The notes under the pieces: generated by a model
Database searches by the model: none
Told to the model about the DNA's origin: nothing
The model's input: only the letters and a program-made list of their open reading frames with translations
Shown: piece by piece, positions 1 through 32,230 of the stretch
Layout: each line of letters begins with the position of its first letter
How positions within the stretch are numbered: the stretch's first letter is position 1
Origin: Cetorhinus maximus
Taxonomy: Eukaryota
Length of the DNA: 64,000 bases
Assembly (NCBI RefSeq): GCF_964194155.1
Contig: NC_135906.1
Span: 16,740,001-16,804,000, forward strand
Direction of reading: 5' to 3'
Made by a program: the position numbers and the translations under genes

Positions 1-826
1 TCTCTCTCCCACCCATACCCCTCCTCTCTCCCACCCATACCCCCTCTCTCTCTCTCCCACCCATACCCCCTCTCTCTCCCACCCATACCCCCTCTCTCCC
101 ACCCATACCCCCTCTCTCTCCCACCCATACCCCTCTCTCACTCTCCCACCCATACCCCCTCTCTCTCTCCCCCACCCATACCCCCTCTCTCTCCCACACA
201 TACCCCTCTCTCTCTCCCACCCATACCCCCTCTCTCTCCCACCCATACCCCCTCTCTCTCTTCCCCACCCATACCCCCTGTCTCTCCCACCCATACCCTC
301 TCTCTCTCTCCCACCCATACCCCTCTCTCTCTCCCACCCATACCCCCTCTCTCTCTCCCACCCATACCCCCTCTCTCTCTCTCCCACCCATACCCCCTCT
401 CTCACTCTCCCACCCATACCCCCTCTCTCCCCCACCCATACCCCCTCTCTCACTCTCCCACCCATACCCCCTCTCTCTCTCCCACCCATACCCCCTCTCT
501 CCCACCCATACCCCCTCTCTCTCTCCCCCACCCATACCCCTCTCTCCCACCCATACCCTCTCTCCCACCCATACCTCCTCTCTCTCTCCCACCCATACCC
601 CCCCTCTCTCCCACCCATGCCCCTCTCTCTCTCCCACCCATACCCCCTCTCTCTCCCACCCATACCCCTATCTCTCCCACCCATACCCCCTCTCTCTCTC
701 CCCCACCCATACCCCCTCTCTCGCTCCCCCACCCATACCCCCTCTCCCACCCATACCCCCTCTCTCTCTCCCCCACCCATAGCCCCTCTCTCTCTCTCCC
801 ACCCATACCCCCTCTCTCTCCCACCC
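1..826. repeat. C/T-rich minisatellite, ~20-24 bp unit (ctctctcccacccatacccc)
   Basis: Tandem unit read directly; runs into the assembly gap. The ORFs here are repeat artefacts. Confidence 0.95.
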
Positions 827-1026
827 NNNNNNNNNNNNNNNNNNNNNNNNNNNNNNNNNNNNNNNNNNNNNNNNNNNNNNNNNNNNNNNNNNNNNNNNNN
901 NNNNNNNNNNNNNNNNNNNNNNNNNNNNNNNNNNNNNNNNNNNNNNNNNNNNNNNNNNNNNNNNNNNNNNNNNNNNNNNNNNNNNNNNNNNNNNNNNNNN
1001 NNNNNNNNNNNNNNNNNNNNNNNNNN
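827..1026. other. Assembly gap (200 N)
   Basis: Run of exactly 200 N, probably a placeholder length. Confidence 0.99.
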
Positions 1027-3230
1027 GAGTCTCTGTGTTAATGGGGGTGGGGGGGGAGTCTCTGTGTTAATGGGGGGGGGGGGAGTCTCTGTGTTAATGG
1101 GGGGGGGAGTCTCTGTGTTAATGGGGGTGGGGGGGGAGTCTCTGTGTTAATGGGGGGGGGGGAGTCTCTGTGTTAATGGGGGGGGGGAATCTCTGTGTTA
1201 ATGGGGGGAGGGGGAGTCTCTGTGTTAATGGGGGAGGGGGAGTCTCTGTGTTAATGGGGGGAGGGGGAGTCTCTGTGTTAATGGGGGAGGGGGGGAGTCT
1301 CTGTGTTAATGGGGGTGGGGGGGGAGTCTCTGTGTTAATGGGGGGGGGGGAGTCTCTGTGTTAATGGGGGTGGGGGGGGAGTCTCTGTGTTAATGGGGGG
1401 GGAGAGTCTCTGTGTTAATGGGGGGGGGGAATCTCTGTGTTAATGGGGGGAGGGGGAGTCTCTGTGTTAATGGGGGAGGGGGAGTCTCTGTGTTAATGGG
1501 GGGAGGGGGAGTCTCTGTGTTAATGGGGGAGGGGGGGAGTCTCTGTGTTAATGGGGGGAGGGAATCTCTGTGTTAATGGAGGGGGTGGAGTCTCTGTGTT
1601 AATGGGGGGGGAGAGTCTCTGTGTTAATGGGGGGGGAGAGTCTCTGTGTTAATCCGAGGTGGGAGGGGCGGGGGGGGGTTAGTCTCTGTGTTAATCCGGG
1701 GGGGGTGGGTGGGAGTCTCTGTGTTAATCGGGGGGGGGAGTCTCTTTGTTAATCGGGGGGGAGAGTCTCTGTGTTAATGGAGGGGGGGGAGTCTCTGTGT
1801 TAATGGGGTGGGGAGGGGGGGAGTCTCTGTGTTAATCCGGGGGGGGGGGGGGTCTCTCTGTTAATCCGGGGGAGGGGTCTGTGTGTTAATCCGGTGGGGG
1901 GAGGGTCTCTCTGTTAATCCGGGGGAGGGGTCTGTGTGTTAATCCGGTGGGGGGAGGGTCTCTCTGTTAATCCGGGGGAGGGGTCTGTGTGTTAATCCGG
2001 GGGAGGGGTCTGTGTGTTAATACGGTGGGGGGAGGGGTCTGTGTGTTAATCCGGTGGGGGGAGGGGTCTATGTGTTAATCCGGTGGGGGGAGGGGTCTGT
2101 GTGTTAATCTGGGGGAGGGGTCTGTGTGTTAATCCGGTGGGGGGAGGGGTCTGTGTGTTAATCCGGGGGAGGGGTCTGTGTGTTAATCCGGTGGGGGGAG
2201 GGGTCTCTGTGTTAATCCGGGGGAAGGGTCTGTGTGTTAATCCGGTGTGGGGAGGGGTCTCTGTGTTAATCCGGGGGAAGGGTCTGTGTGTTAATCCGGT
2301 GTGGGGAGGGGTCTGTGTTAATCCGGGGGAGGGGTCTCTGTGTTAATCCGGTGGGGGGAGGGTCTCTCTGTTAATCTGGGGGAGGGGTCTGTGTGTTAAT
2401 CCGGGGGAGGGGTCTGTGTGTTAATCCGGGGGAGGGGTCTGTGTGTTAATCCGGTGGGGGGAAGGGTCTGTGTGTTAATCCGGTGGGGGGAGGGGTCTGT
2501 GTGTTAATCCGGTGGGGGGAGGGGTCTGTGTGTTAATCCGGTGGGGGGAGGGGTCTGTGTGTTAATCCGGTGGGGGGAGGGGTCTGTGTGTTAATCCGGT
2601 GGGGGGAGGGGTCTGTGTGTTAATCCGGTGGGGGGAGGGGTCTGTGTGTTAATCCGGTGGGGGGAGGGGTCTGTGTGTTAATCCGGTGGGGGGAGGGGTC
2701 TGTGTTAATCCGGTGGGGGGAGGGGTCTGTGTGTTAATCCGGGGGAGGGGTCTGTGTGTTAATCCGGGGGAGGGGTCTGTGTGTTAATCCGGTGGGGGGA
2801 GGGGTCTGTGTGTTAATCCGGTGGGGGGAGGGGTCTGTGTGTTAATCCGGTGGGGGGAGGGGTCTGTGTGTTAATCCGGTGGGAGGGGTCTGTGTGTTAA
2901 TCCGGGGGAGGGGCCTGTGTGTTAATCCGGTGGGGGGAGGGGTCTGTGTGTTAATCCGGTGGGGGGAGGGGTCTCTGTGTTAATTCGGGGGAGGGGTCTG
3001 TGTGTTAATCCGGTGGGGGGAGGGGTCTGTGTGTGAATCCGGGGGAGGGGTCTCTGTGTTAATCCGGGGGAGGGGTCTCTGTGTTAATCCGGTTGGGGGA
3101 GGGTCTCTCTGTTAATCCGGGGGAGGGGTCTCTGTGTTAATCCGGTTGGGGGAAGGTCTCTGTGTTAATCCGGGGGAGGGGTCTGTGTGTTAATCCGGGG
3201 CGGGGTGGGGGTCTCTGTGTTAATCTGTGT
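1027..3230. repeat. G-rich minisatellite, ~23-29 bp unit (gagtctctgtgttaatgggggggg grading into ggggtctgtgtgttaatccggtggggggag)
   Basis: Tandem unit with constant core tgtgttaat; the unit changes gradually along the array. Confidence 0.95.
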
Positions 3231-3314
3231 GAGGGGTGGGGTGGAGCTGGCGGTCTCTATTTCCACTTAGTGTCTAACTGTGACCTGTTTCTCTGGCAGT
3301 CTCTGTCTCAGTGA

Positions 3315-22551
<19,237 letters not shown>

Positions 22552-23326
22552 TCCCTGGGCACTGCAGCTGCAGTCCTAGAATGCTGCTGGTGGCACCTGT
22601 CCTGCAGGAATTAGATGCCAGCCTTCTCCAGTTACTCCTTATTTCTCATGAGAGTCAAGTGCTGCTGCCCAGGCAACTTGCTGTGGTTCCCAAGCCCAGT
22701 GATCAGTGTAGAATTGAGCATAGGTGTGTGCAGGAATCCTGAGAGTGAGCTGCCACTGATGCACAATCAACGCTGAACTTTTTAACTATTTAGAAAGATG
22801 AACGTTGCTTTGAGTTTCGTGTGGACAAAACCCTGCTTTACTTTCTGCTTTAAAATTTGCCAGAGAGAGAGAAAGAGAGGGGGGGGGGTGTGATGATCAT
22901 GGGCGGAGAGGTTGGAGTCAGTGAAATTGGGGCAATTAATAGATGCAGTGCTAATATGGATTGAGGGAATTTCTGGGATTAACAGAACTACAGTTAAGAG
23001 TTAGCTTCAGCATGAAGGTAAGCTGTTTGGTTGAGTGTTTGATCTGCCCCAGTGGCAGGACACATCTTTCACCAAGTGTGGGCAGGTCCCCACCTGACAA
23101 CCCAAGATCCTAAATCCATTCTGCTCCCCCTTCACTCGCTGCCTGGGGAGGGGCATGTTGTGGACAGCAGGAGCCTGTTGGGTGAGCAGTCCTGAAACGC
23201 TGCCCCCACCACCCCAGTCTAGTATCCAGGGTAGACCAGGTGGCCAGAGTAACTCCTGCAGACTGAAAGAGTTTGCTCATTATTCATTTTTTTAATTTAA
23301 ACTCTGATCGCTGTTTCCTGAATATT

Positions 23327-23332
23327 AATAAA
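23327..23332 (+). terminator. Candidate DHPS poly(A) signal AATAAA
   Basis: First AATAAA seen after the DHPS stop, with U/GU-rich sequence downstream. Confidence 0.65.
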
Positions 23333-23482
23333 ATCAGTTAATGAAACCATCTGATCGTTTCCATCGATTGTTTGGAGTTTGAACTTGTTGAGGCTTTTTT
23401 TTTCTCCACAGGGAATCCTGACATTAAAAACACAAATTAACTCACATCACAGTGAACCTCAGCCAGCTCTGAAAGGAATAAT

Positions 23483-23488
23483 TTTATT
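23483..23488 (-). terminator. Candidate WDR83 poly(A) signal AATAAA
   Basis: tttatt on the + strand, ~225 nt after the WDR83 stop. Confidence 0.6.
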
Positions 23489-23713
23489 CGCAAAAAAATT
23501 TAAAAAAAAACATGGACAAGAGATTCTCAAAGACAGATGAAGAGTCCTTGTGCCGTTATCCCCATCATCGTCCTGGTTGTGAATGTGTGGCTCACTCTTT
23601 GATCTCATCTCTCCGCGTGCTTGTTTGGGAGTGAGGCTCAAGAGAGAGCTTCTGTCCTGCCCTTTAGCCCCTGTAACCAGTGACCGTGGCAAAATACGTG
23701 GGCCTGGTGATGG

Positions 23714-26700
23714 TCAAGAGGTGCTCTGTGTGTCTGCCTCATAGCTCTCGTCTCCCCAGAGCTGGACAGCACCCTGGGTGGCAGTGAGCAAACAGGACTG
23801 TGTGGGATGGTAGCTCAGTGACTGCACTACACCCTTCCCAACGGGTAGAGTGACAGCACAGGATCCCTGCAACCAAAAAAGTACAGCATATTTAAAATAG
23901 AACATCCACCAACAACCAGCTCCACACATCCCAAAGAGCTTTGCAGACAATTAATTACCAAGCATGTCACTTTGTACTGTCAGGAACGTGGCTGATAATC
24001 TGCACAGCAAGATCCCACACACAGCAACCTGATAATGACAAGGTAAGCTGTTAGTGATGTTGGTTGAGGATCAAGGTACCAGGTTGAACTCCCCTGCTAT
24101 TCTCAAATAATGCTATGGCACCTTTTACACCCACCTGAGAGAGCAGACAGGGCACAGTCTCTCAGTGAGGCACTAGAGTTTGATCCTGGATTACCTGCTT
24201 AAATCTCTGAAGTGGAACTTAAGTTCACAACTTTGTGACTGAGGCTGCCAGGTGCCACTCCTGTACCTCATCCAATAACCATTCCTTCTGTGTGAGTCTA
24301 GACCGTGCAGGTTGTCTAACTCAACCAAATCCACTCCTAAAATCATGGAATAGTTACATCAGAGAAAGAGGCCAATCAGCCCATCATGTCCATGTTGGCC
24401 CTCTGCAGGAACAATTCACCTAGTGCCAATACTCCCATGCCTTCTCCCCGTATCCCTGCACATTTTTCCTTTTCAGATAACAGTCTAGTTCCCTTTTGAA
24501 TGCCTCGATCGAACCTGCTTCCACCACAGTCAGGCAGCACATTCCAGATCCTAACCACTCGCTGTGTGAAGAAGTTTCTCCTCATATCTCCATCACTTCT
24601 TATGACCTTAAATCTGTGCCCTCTGGTTCTCGATCCGTCCGACAATGGGAACAATTTCTCCCTATCTACTCTGTCCAAATCCTTCATGATTTTGAATACC
24701 TCAATCAAATCTCCCCTCAGCCTTTTCTTCTCAATGGAGAATCCCCAGGAGCTGGCACCAGAAGTAATCAGGATAATAAGTCAATGTGTGGAGGTTCTGC
24801 TCACCTCGACCAGATCCCAGAAATAGACAAGCCCATCCTCGGAACCGCTCACCACGTGTGTGTCAGACTCATTGAAGCAGCAATCCAGCTTGTATTCTGT
24901 GTTCTTGTGTCCTGTATAGCTGTTGAAACAAAGTGAAACTCAAGTTCAGTGTCTGGAGAATGGGGTTTAGTTCAGCCACCTGTCTCGTTGCTAGGTTTCA
25001 AAGCAAGTCAGTCACTCAAATACTGCTGGCTGATGACATGGCAGTGCATCCACTTTGGGACCAGGGGAAAGGCAACCACTCTCGGCCAATCACAAGCTTA
25101 ATTTTGGTGATTCAAACAAGCCCGGGGAGCTGAATCTCCCTCTTCCCATCTCTATTAAAGTTGTCAAATTCCTGTGCAAGTTGTAGTCCCAGCTTTCTGA
25201 TTAGGACAATATGGGACTAGGGGGAAATCATAGAGAAATGAGAGAGTCTCCACTCACTGGAGCAATGGAAAGCAGGGAATCTCACATCAGGAGTGGCACA
25301 GGAACAAGAGTGAGAGGGATATCACTGACAGGGAACTGCAAAACACCAATAATATCTCTCAGTGCAATTCCCCCCTGTGAACTGTGCAAACCCCTGGTCA
25401 GCGCTGAGTGACCTGAACTATCATCTCTGCCTTTGGTTAGGGGAGAAGGGCAGGTTGGCCCGTGTTCCCTAGAGGGCAACTGAGAAAAACTGCTTTTGGG
25501 GGCAGTTGATGTTTGATTCTGCCTTTGGTTCACCTGTCTCAGGAGATGACTAATACAGGATTTCACTTACTCGCCAAGGAGCTCCCCAGTCTCCTTATCC
25601 AACAGGCGCAGTGTGGAATCCAGGCTCGAGCTGAGCGAACACTGACCATCCCTGCTGAAACATACACTTGATATCGGACCTGTGAGAGAGGAAAATAAAG
25701 TCTGTCTGTGATAGAGACATGCTGACTGTCTGCAGCACTGATAGCAACACACACTAGCATTGAGATACTGTCAAGTACTGAGATACACACACTGACTGTC
25801 ACGCACTGAGATATGCACACTGACTGTCACGCACTGAGATATGCACACTGACTGTCACGCACTGATATACACACACTGACTGTCACGCACTGATATACAC
25901 ACACTGACTGTCACGCACTGATATACACACACTGACTGTCACGCACTGAGATATGCACACTGACTGTCACACACTGATATACGCACACTGACTGTCACGC
26001 ACTGAGATACACACTGACTGTCACACACTGATATACGCACACTGACTGTCACGCACTGAGATACACACTGACTGTCACACACTGATATACGCACACTGAC
26101 TGTCACGCACTGATATACACACACTGACTGTCACGCACTGAGATACACACACTGACTGTCACACACTGAGAGACGCACACTGACTGTCACACACTGAGAT
26201 ACACACACTGACTGTCACGCACTGAGATCCGCACACTGACTCTTTAGAACTGAGAGATGCAGACTATCAATGTGAGCTGATATGATTCCATCCTGTTAAG
26301 ATTTAATATTCGCCATCTTGACTTACTTCCAATGAAATCTGCAAACAGTTGTCCCATCCGTAGATCATATCTCCGAACCCGTCCATCAACGGACCTGAAA
26401 CAACATGAAGCTGTTATGATGCACAGCAAATCTACTAGTTACACAAGACTCACTAAATCTCAAGCCAACCACTCCTGTACACTGGGGGTTTTGATCTGTA
26501 TCTATGACTGGATTTGCTGTTCACCCACCCTGACAGAATTTCATGGTCTGAAACTTTCACACTGGAAATCCCATCCTTCGCTTCATTTAAGATTTGAATG
26601 GGCTCCGATGTCCGTGAGCGACAGTCCCAGCATCGAATCGAGGTATCGATGGAACCTGCAATCAGATTCTCCGGTTAGTCAGTGTGCAATGTTAACACAG

Positions 26701-29700
26701 CATCAAAATGTAAACAAGTGGGGAGATTAGAACCTGCAGCTAACTCCCAGTAAAAACAATTGATGAAGTAAGCTGAAAGGATCAGACTGAACAGTACAAC
26801 AGGCTCAAGGGGCAGAATGGCTGATTCCTGTTGTTAAGTTGCACTATCTAATTTCTCACACTAGGAGGGGCTGTCCTTGTGAGGACACGAACAATGTAAA
26901 ACAAAAGAACTGACATCAGCCTCACTAACTAGACACACTGCATAATACGGAGGGGAGGAAGCAAGTAATATTCCTGTACCTGCCCCCCTGCCCGCTGACC
27001 CCTGCCTTTTGACCCACTGACCTCTGCCCACTACATCCCGTCCACCACCCACTCTATTCAATAGCAGGTGAAGCAAAGTCACAGATTGATTTAAGGCCAG
27101 GGTTGTGAAAGGTGGAAGTGTGTCGCCTGTGTGCCCTGACTGGATCCCACAGGAAGCCCAACATTCACCTGAAACAATGACAGTTGACTCCTCGTTGAAT
27201 TGAACACAGTTCACTTTCTGTAAAAAAAAACAGAGGGGAACAATGAGTGGCATTTGAAGGAAAGAGGGCAATGAGCAAGAGCAGAGTTAGGTGAGTGAAG
27301 ATGATATTCGACGGTTAGCTTTGAAGAGGATTCTAAAGGTGGGGAAGGGCTTACAACAGAAAACCTGTACAAAGTGGGGATAAGACGACTTTAAAAATTC
27401 GTTTGTGGGACGTGGGTATCGCTGGCTGGGCCAGCATTTATTTCCCATCCCTAATTGCCCTTGAGAAGGTGGTGGTGAGCTGTCTTCTTGCAGTCCATGT
27501 GGTGTGGGTACACCCACAGTGCTGTTAGGGAGGGAGTTCCAGGATTTTGACCCATTGGCAGGATCACCGATTAAATCTCCATAGCAGCAGGTGCGGGAAA
27601 ACGGTCAGTGAGTTGGCTAATGACATCCCTGGCCCCTCCTTCCCGCCAACACTATTCCAGATCTGGTAGGTAAGGTTGTTGATTGACTTTTTTTATTAAT
27701 TCACAGGATTCGCTGGCTGGGCCAGCATTTATTGCCCGCCCCTAGTTGCCCTTGAGAAGGTGGTGGTGAGCTGCTTTCTTGAACCGCTGCAGTCCCTGTG
27801 GTGTAGGTACACCCACAGTGCTGTTAGGGAGGGAGTTCCAGGATTTTGACCCAGCGACAGTGAAGCAATGGTGATATATTTCCACAGTGCTCTGTTTATT
27901 TACCAAACAGCTTTCTTACCCCTCCGTGACCCCGGAATTTCCGGACCAGCCGCCCCGTCGCCACATCCCACAGGATGACAGTTTTATCGGCTCCACATGA
28001 GCAGATCTGGCTATTATCACAGGAGCTGAGGGAAATGAGAAGTCAGAGTATGAGTGAATCAAAGGGAACCTGGAGCAGGAATATTTGCAGAAAGCTCAGG
28101 CCAATATTCGACCCCACACTCCAATTCACAGGGCTAAAGGTCAGGGGGCTGAGCACCAGCTGACCCTGGGGGCAAAAGTCATGGGCTGGGGTCACGTCCA
28201 CATCAAAACCAATACAAATGTAAAAGGAAAATGTGGGTTTGGGATGGGGAAAGGATAACCAGCACAGTGCAGGGGGCCATTCAGCCCATCACTGCTGTGC
28301 CAGCTCTTTCAGTGAATTGTTATAAAAGCTGTGTCTGTGGAGATTTTCCTGGGTAGACTTGGGACTCAACAGTGAGACACTGGATAGCAGCCAGCAAGTC
28401 AGCACCTGATAGAGAGGAGAAAACATTGACCATAAGAACAAAATAGGAGCAGGAGTAGGCCATTCAGCCCCTCAAGCCATTCATTAACATCTTGGCTGAT
28501 CTGTCCCAGGCATCAGCTCCTCTTTCATGCCAGCTCCTCATAGCCCTCAACTCCCCGATATTCCAAAAATCTATCTACCTCCTCTTTAAATAACTTCAGT
28601 GATCTAGCCTCCACACCTCTCTGGTGTAGAGAATTCTAGACATTCACTACCCTCAGAGAAGAAATTCCTTCGCATCTCAGTTTTAAATGATTGTCCCCTT
28701 ATTCTGTAATAATGTCCCCTAGTTCGAGACTCCCCCACTAGTAGAAACATCTTCTTGGCATCTACCCTGTCAAGCCCCCTCAGAATCTTGTACGTTTCAA
28801 TAAGATCACCCCTCATTCTTCTAACCTTTAATGAATAAAGGCCTAGCCTGTTTAGCTGTTCTTGATAAGTCAACTCCTTCATCCCAGGAATCAGCCTAGT
28901 GAATCTCTTTTGAACTGCCTCCAATGCCAGTGTATCCTTTCTTAAATACGGGGACCAAAACTGTACGCAGTACTCCAGGTGCGGCCTCACCAACACCCTG
29001 TACAGTTGCAACAAGACTTCCCTATTTTTAAACTCCAACCCCCTAGCAATACAGGCCAAAATTCCATTTGCCTTCTTAATTACTTGCTGCCCCTGCATAC
29101 TAACATTTTGTGTTTCATGCACAAGAACACCCAGATCCCTCTGTGCTGCACTTTCTTGGGATAATAGTCTGCTTTTTGATTCTTCCTACCAAAGTGCATG
29201 ACCTCACACTTTCCTACATTAAATTCCATCTGCCAAGTTTTTGCCCACTCATTCAACCTGTCTATATCCCCTTGCAGATTCCTTATGCCCTCATCACAAC
29301 ATGCCCTCCCACCTATTTTTGTATCGTCAGCAAATTTGGAAACATTACACTTGCCCCCTCCTACAAGTCACTAATATAGATGTAAATAATTGAGGCCCTA
29401 GGACTGATCCTTGTGGCACTCCACTAGTTACGTCTTTCCAACCTGAAAAAGACCCATTAATCCCGACTCTGTCTTCTGTGTGTTAACCAATCCTCAATCC
29501 ATGCTAATAAATTACCTCCAATACCGTGAGCTCCTACCTTGGGCAATAACCTTTTATGTGCACCTTAAAGAATGCCTTCTGGAAATTGTGTTTAGGACAA
29601 TTGGTCTGCAGGGTATGACAACAGCATCATCCATTACCCTCAGACAATGCTGTTCACTGTGTAAATTGGGATGAAGGTGACAGTGAGGGTCTTACCCAGC

Positions 29701-32050
29701 AGAATCTAGAACCTCGTATCCATGGCCAGCGTAGGTCTTTAGAAGAGTTCCTCGATGTGGATTCCACAGCTTTAGGGATTTGTCACTGCCGCAGGTTAGA
29801 CAGTAATTACCATCCGCTGGAATAGAAGAGAGAATATCATAGCTACCAAATACAGTGTCCTAAATACCACCCAAAGACACTGTCCCTAAACATCACCCAA
29901 ACACACTCTCCCTTAAGACCACCCAAATAGATGTCCCTAAATACTACCCAAATACAGTGTCCCTAAATACCAACCAAACACACTGTCCCTAAATACCACC
30001 CAAAGACACTGTCCCTAAACATCACCCAAACACACTCTCCCTAAACACCACCCAAATAAATGTCCCTAAATACCACCCAAATACAGTGTCCCTAAATACC
30101 ATCCAAACACACTGTCACTAAACACCACCCAAATACACTGAACAATAAATATCTTAACTATCCAGCACGAGCACATCACCTCTGGAATTGGCACTGTCTG
30201 GATCAGCAGGAGGATAGGGTTTGGGAGAAAAGGGTGTTTGTGGGAGAAAGGTACATACGGGGGTATATACAGGGGGGTGGGTTTATTTGGGGAGGGATAT
30301 ATAAGGGATTATATTTGGGGTTGGGGGTTTTGGGGTGTGGTATACATGGGGGTATATTGGGGACTGGGGATTTTAGGGAGGGGTATACAAGAGGGTAGAT
30401 TTGGGTGGGTGTTGGGGAGGGTATACAAGGGGTTATATTGGGGGCTGGGGGTTTTGTGGAGGGGTATACATGGGGGCAAAGTGGGGTTTGGGGGTTTTGG
30501 GGAGGGGTACACAATGGGTATATTTGGGGTTGGGGAGAGCTATACAAGGGGGTATATTTGGAGTTAGGGTTTGAGTGAGGGGTAAACAAGGGGGTAGGGA
30601 TTTTGGGGAGGGGTATACAAGGGGATATATTGGGAGTAGTGAGTTTTGGAGAGGGGTATACGAGAGGGTATATTGGGGTTTTGGGGAGGGGTATACAAGG
30701 GGGTAAATTGGGGGTTGGGAGTTTTGGGGAAGGGAATATCTGGGGTATATTGGGGTTGGGGTTTTGGGGATGGGTATACAAGGGGATTGGGATTTGGGGA
30801 GGGGAATACAAGGGGGTATATTGAGGGTTGGGGTTTTGGGGAGGGGTATACAAGGGGTTATATTGGAGGTTGGGGTTTTGGGGAGGGGTATACAAGGGGG
30901 TATATTGAGTGTTGGGGTTTGGGGAGGGGTATACAAGGAGGTATATTGGGAGTTAGGGTTTTGGGGAGGGGTATACAAGAGGGTATATTGGGGGTTGGGG
31001 TGTTGGGGAGGGGTATACAAGGGGGTATATTAGGGGTTGGGATTTTGGGGAGGGGTATACAAGAGGGTATATTGGGGGTTGGGGAGGGGTAAACAAGGGG
31101 GTATATTGGAGGTTGGGGTGGAGTATATTGGGGGTTGGGGTTTTGGGGAGGGTATATTGGGGTTTGGGGGAGGGTATATTGGGGGCTGGGGTTTTGAGGA
31201 GGAGTATATTGGGGGTTGAGGTTTTGGGGAGGGGTATATTGGGGGTTGGGGTTTTGGGGAGGGTATATTGGGGGTTGGGGTTTTGGGGAGGGGTATATTT
31301 GGCATTGGGAAGGGGTATATTTGGGGTTGGGGAGGAGTATACAAGGGGGTATTTTGGGGTGGGTTTTGGGGAGGGTATATTGGGGTTTGGGGGAGGGTAT
31401 ATTGGGGGCTGGGGTTTTGAGGAGGAGTATATTGGGGGTTGAGGTTTTGGGGAGGGGTATATTGGGGGCTGGGGTTTTGGGGAGGGGTATGTTGGGGTTT
31501 TGGGGAGGGGTATATTTGGCGTTGGGAAGGGGTATATTTGGGGTTGGGGAGGAGTATACAAGGGGGTATTTTGGGGTGGGTTTTGGGGAGGGGTATATTG
31601 GGGTGGGTTTTGGGGAGGGGTATACAAGGGGGTATTTTGGGGTGGGTTTTGGGGAGTGGTATACAAGGGGGTATTTTGGGGAGGGGTATTTTGGGGTGGG
31701 TTTTGGGGAGGAGTATACAAGGGGGTATTTTGGGGTGGGTTTTGGGGAGGGGTATTTTGGGGTGGGTTTTGGGGAGGGGTATACAAGGGGGTATTTTGGG
31801 AGGGGGGTGGGGTTTGGAGGCGGGACCGTGCTTCCTGCAGTTTGATCCTCCGGCCGCTGTGGGCGCTGACTCCAGCCCGGGGCCTTTAAGAATCCGCGGC
31901 CGCTCGCGCCCGGGGCGGGGGGAATTAGTGTCGGAGGGTTGGGTTACCGTTGAAGCGAACGGCCCGGACGGCCCCCTGTCCGCACGGGAAAGTCCGGAGC
32001 TGCCGGTTCGGGAACCGCGGAGCCTGAGGCCGGGGAGCCGGAAACGCCAT
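23714..32050 (-). CDS. WDR83: WD repeat protein 83 (MORG1), 9 coding exons, 316 aa
   Basis: Exons in transcript order: 32050-31948, 29816-29696, 28025-27920, 27217-27169, 26655-26529, 26394-26327, 25679-25571, 24919-24805, 23866-23714. All GT-AG; total 951 nt. Protein MAFPAPRPQAP...CGQGAVRAVRFN ADGNYCLTCGSDKSLKLWNP...GHGYEVLD...KVNCVQFNEE...SVDGRVRRYDLRMGQL...LDSTLRLLDKETGELLG...GHKNTEYKLDC...VVQSLSYHP. Confidence 0.98.
23940..24260 (-). mobile_element. Degraded tRNA-headed SINE (Deu/SacSINE1-like)
   Basis: cacagcaagatcccaca, cacccacctgagagagcagacaggg, ctctgaagtggaactt..cacaactttgtgactgagg; family name from recollection. Confidence 0.5.
24345..24740 (-). mobile_element. CR1 LINE 3' fragment
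   Basis: ORF 24376-24708: IEVFKIMK, RTRGHRFK, FFTQRVVRIWNVLP. Confidence 0.9.
25770..26242. repeat. Minisatellite, 26-28 bp unit (cacactgactgtcacgcactgagatatg)
   Basis: Tandem copies fill most of WDR83 intron 6. Confidence 0.93.
27390..27885 (-). mobile_element. Two short 3'-end copies of the 20213-family LINE (27390-27560 and 27690-27885)
   Basis: gcccttgagaaggtggtggtgagctg..gtacacccacagtgctgttagggagggagttccaggattttgaccc is the reverse complement of 21770-21930. Confidence 0.88.
28430..29590 (-). mobile_element. CR1 LINE 3' fragment
   Basis: ORF 28604-29122 (KANGILACI, RPHLEYCVQFWSP, RRMRGDLIETYK); upstream GVPQGS and FADDTK relics. Confidence 0.92.
29845..30140. repeat. Minisatellite, ~26 bp unit (cacccaaatacagtgtccctaaatac)
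   Basis: Tandem variants next to the WDR83 exon 2 acceptor. Confidence 0.9.
30220..31820. repeat. G-rich degenerate minisatellite (ggggttttggggaggggtatacaagggggtatatt)
   Basis: Tandem G-run units in WDR83 intron 1; source of the Pro- and Gly-rich spurious ORFs. Confidence 0.92.
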
Positions 32051-32230
32051 CGCCGAAAATACGGACAGATTTCCGGTTCCGGGTGAAGGTCACGGAGGCT
32101 GCGGCAAGATGGCGGATCCGCGGCGGCCGAACAAAATCCTCAGGTGAAGCCCAGAGAGAGAATCCGGACCGAGATCCGGGTCTGTCCCCCCCCCCCCCCC
32201 GGGGCGGGGGTTATTCTCCACTCGAGTCAC
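31810..32230. promoter_or_regulatory. CpG island / bidirectional promoter of WDR83 and WDR83OS
   Basis: CpG-dense; divergent ATGs at 32050(-) and 32109(+); ETS-like TTCCGG twice (32071-32082), TGAAGGTCA (32084-32092) and YY1-like AAGATGGCGG (32106-32115). Confidence 0.85.

Noticed and set aside
138-2346. Gly-rich ORFs near the window start
   Set aside because: They are translations of minisatellite units; one spans the N gap.
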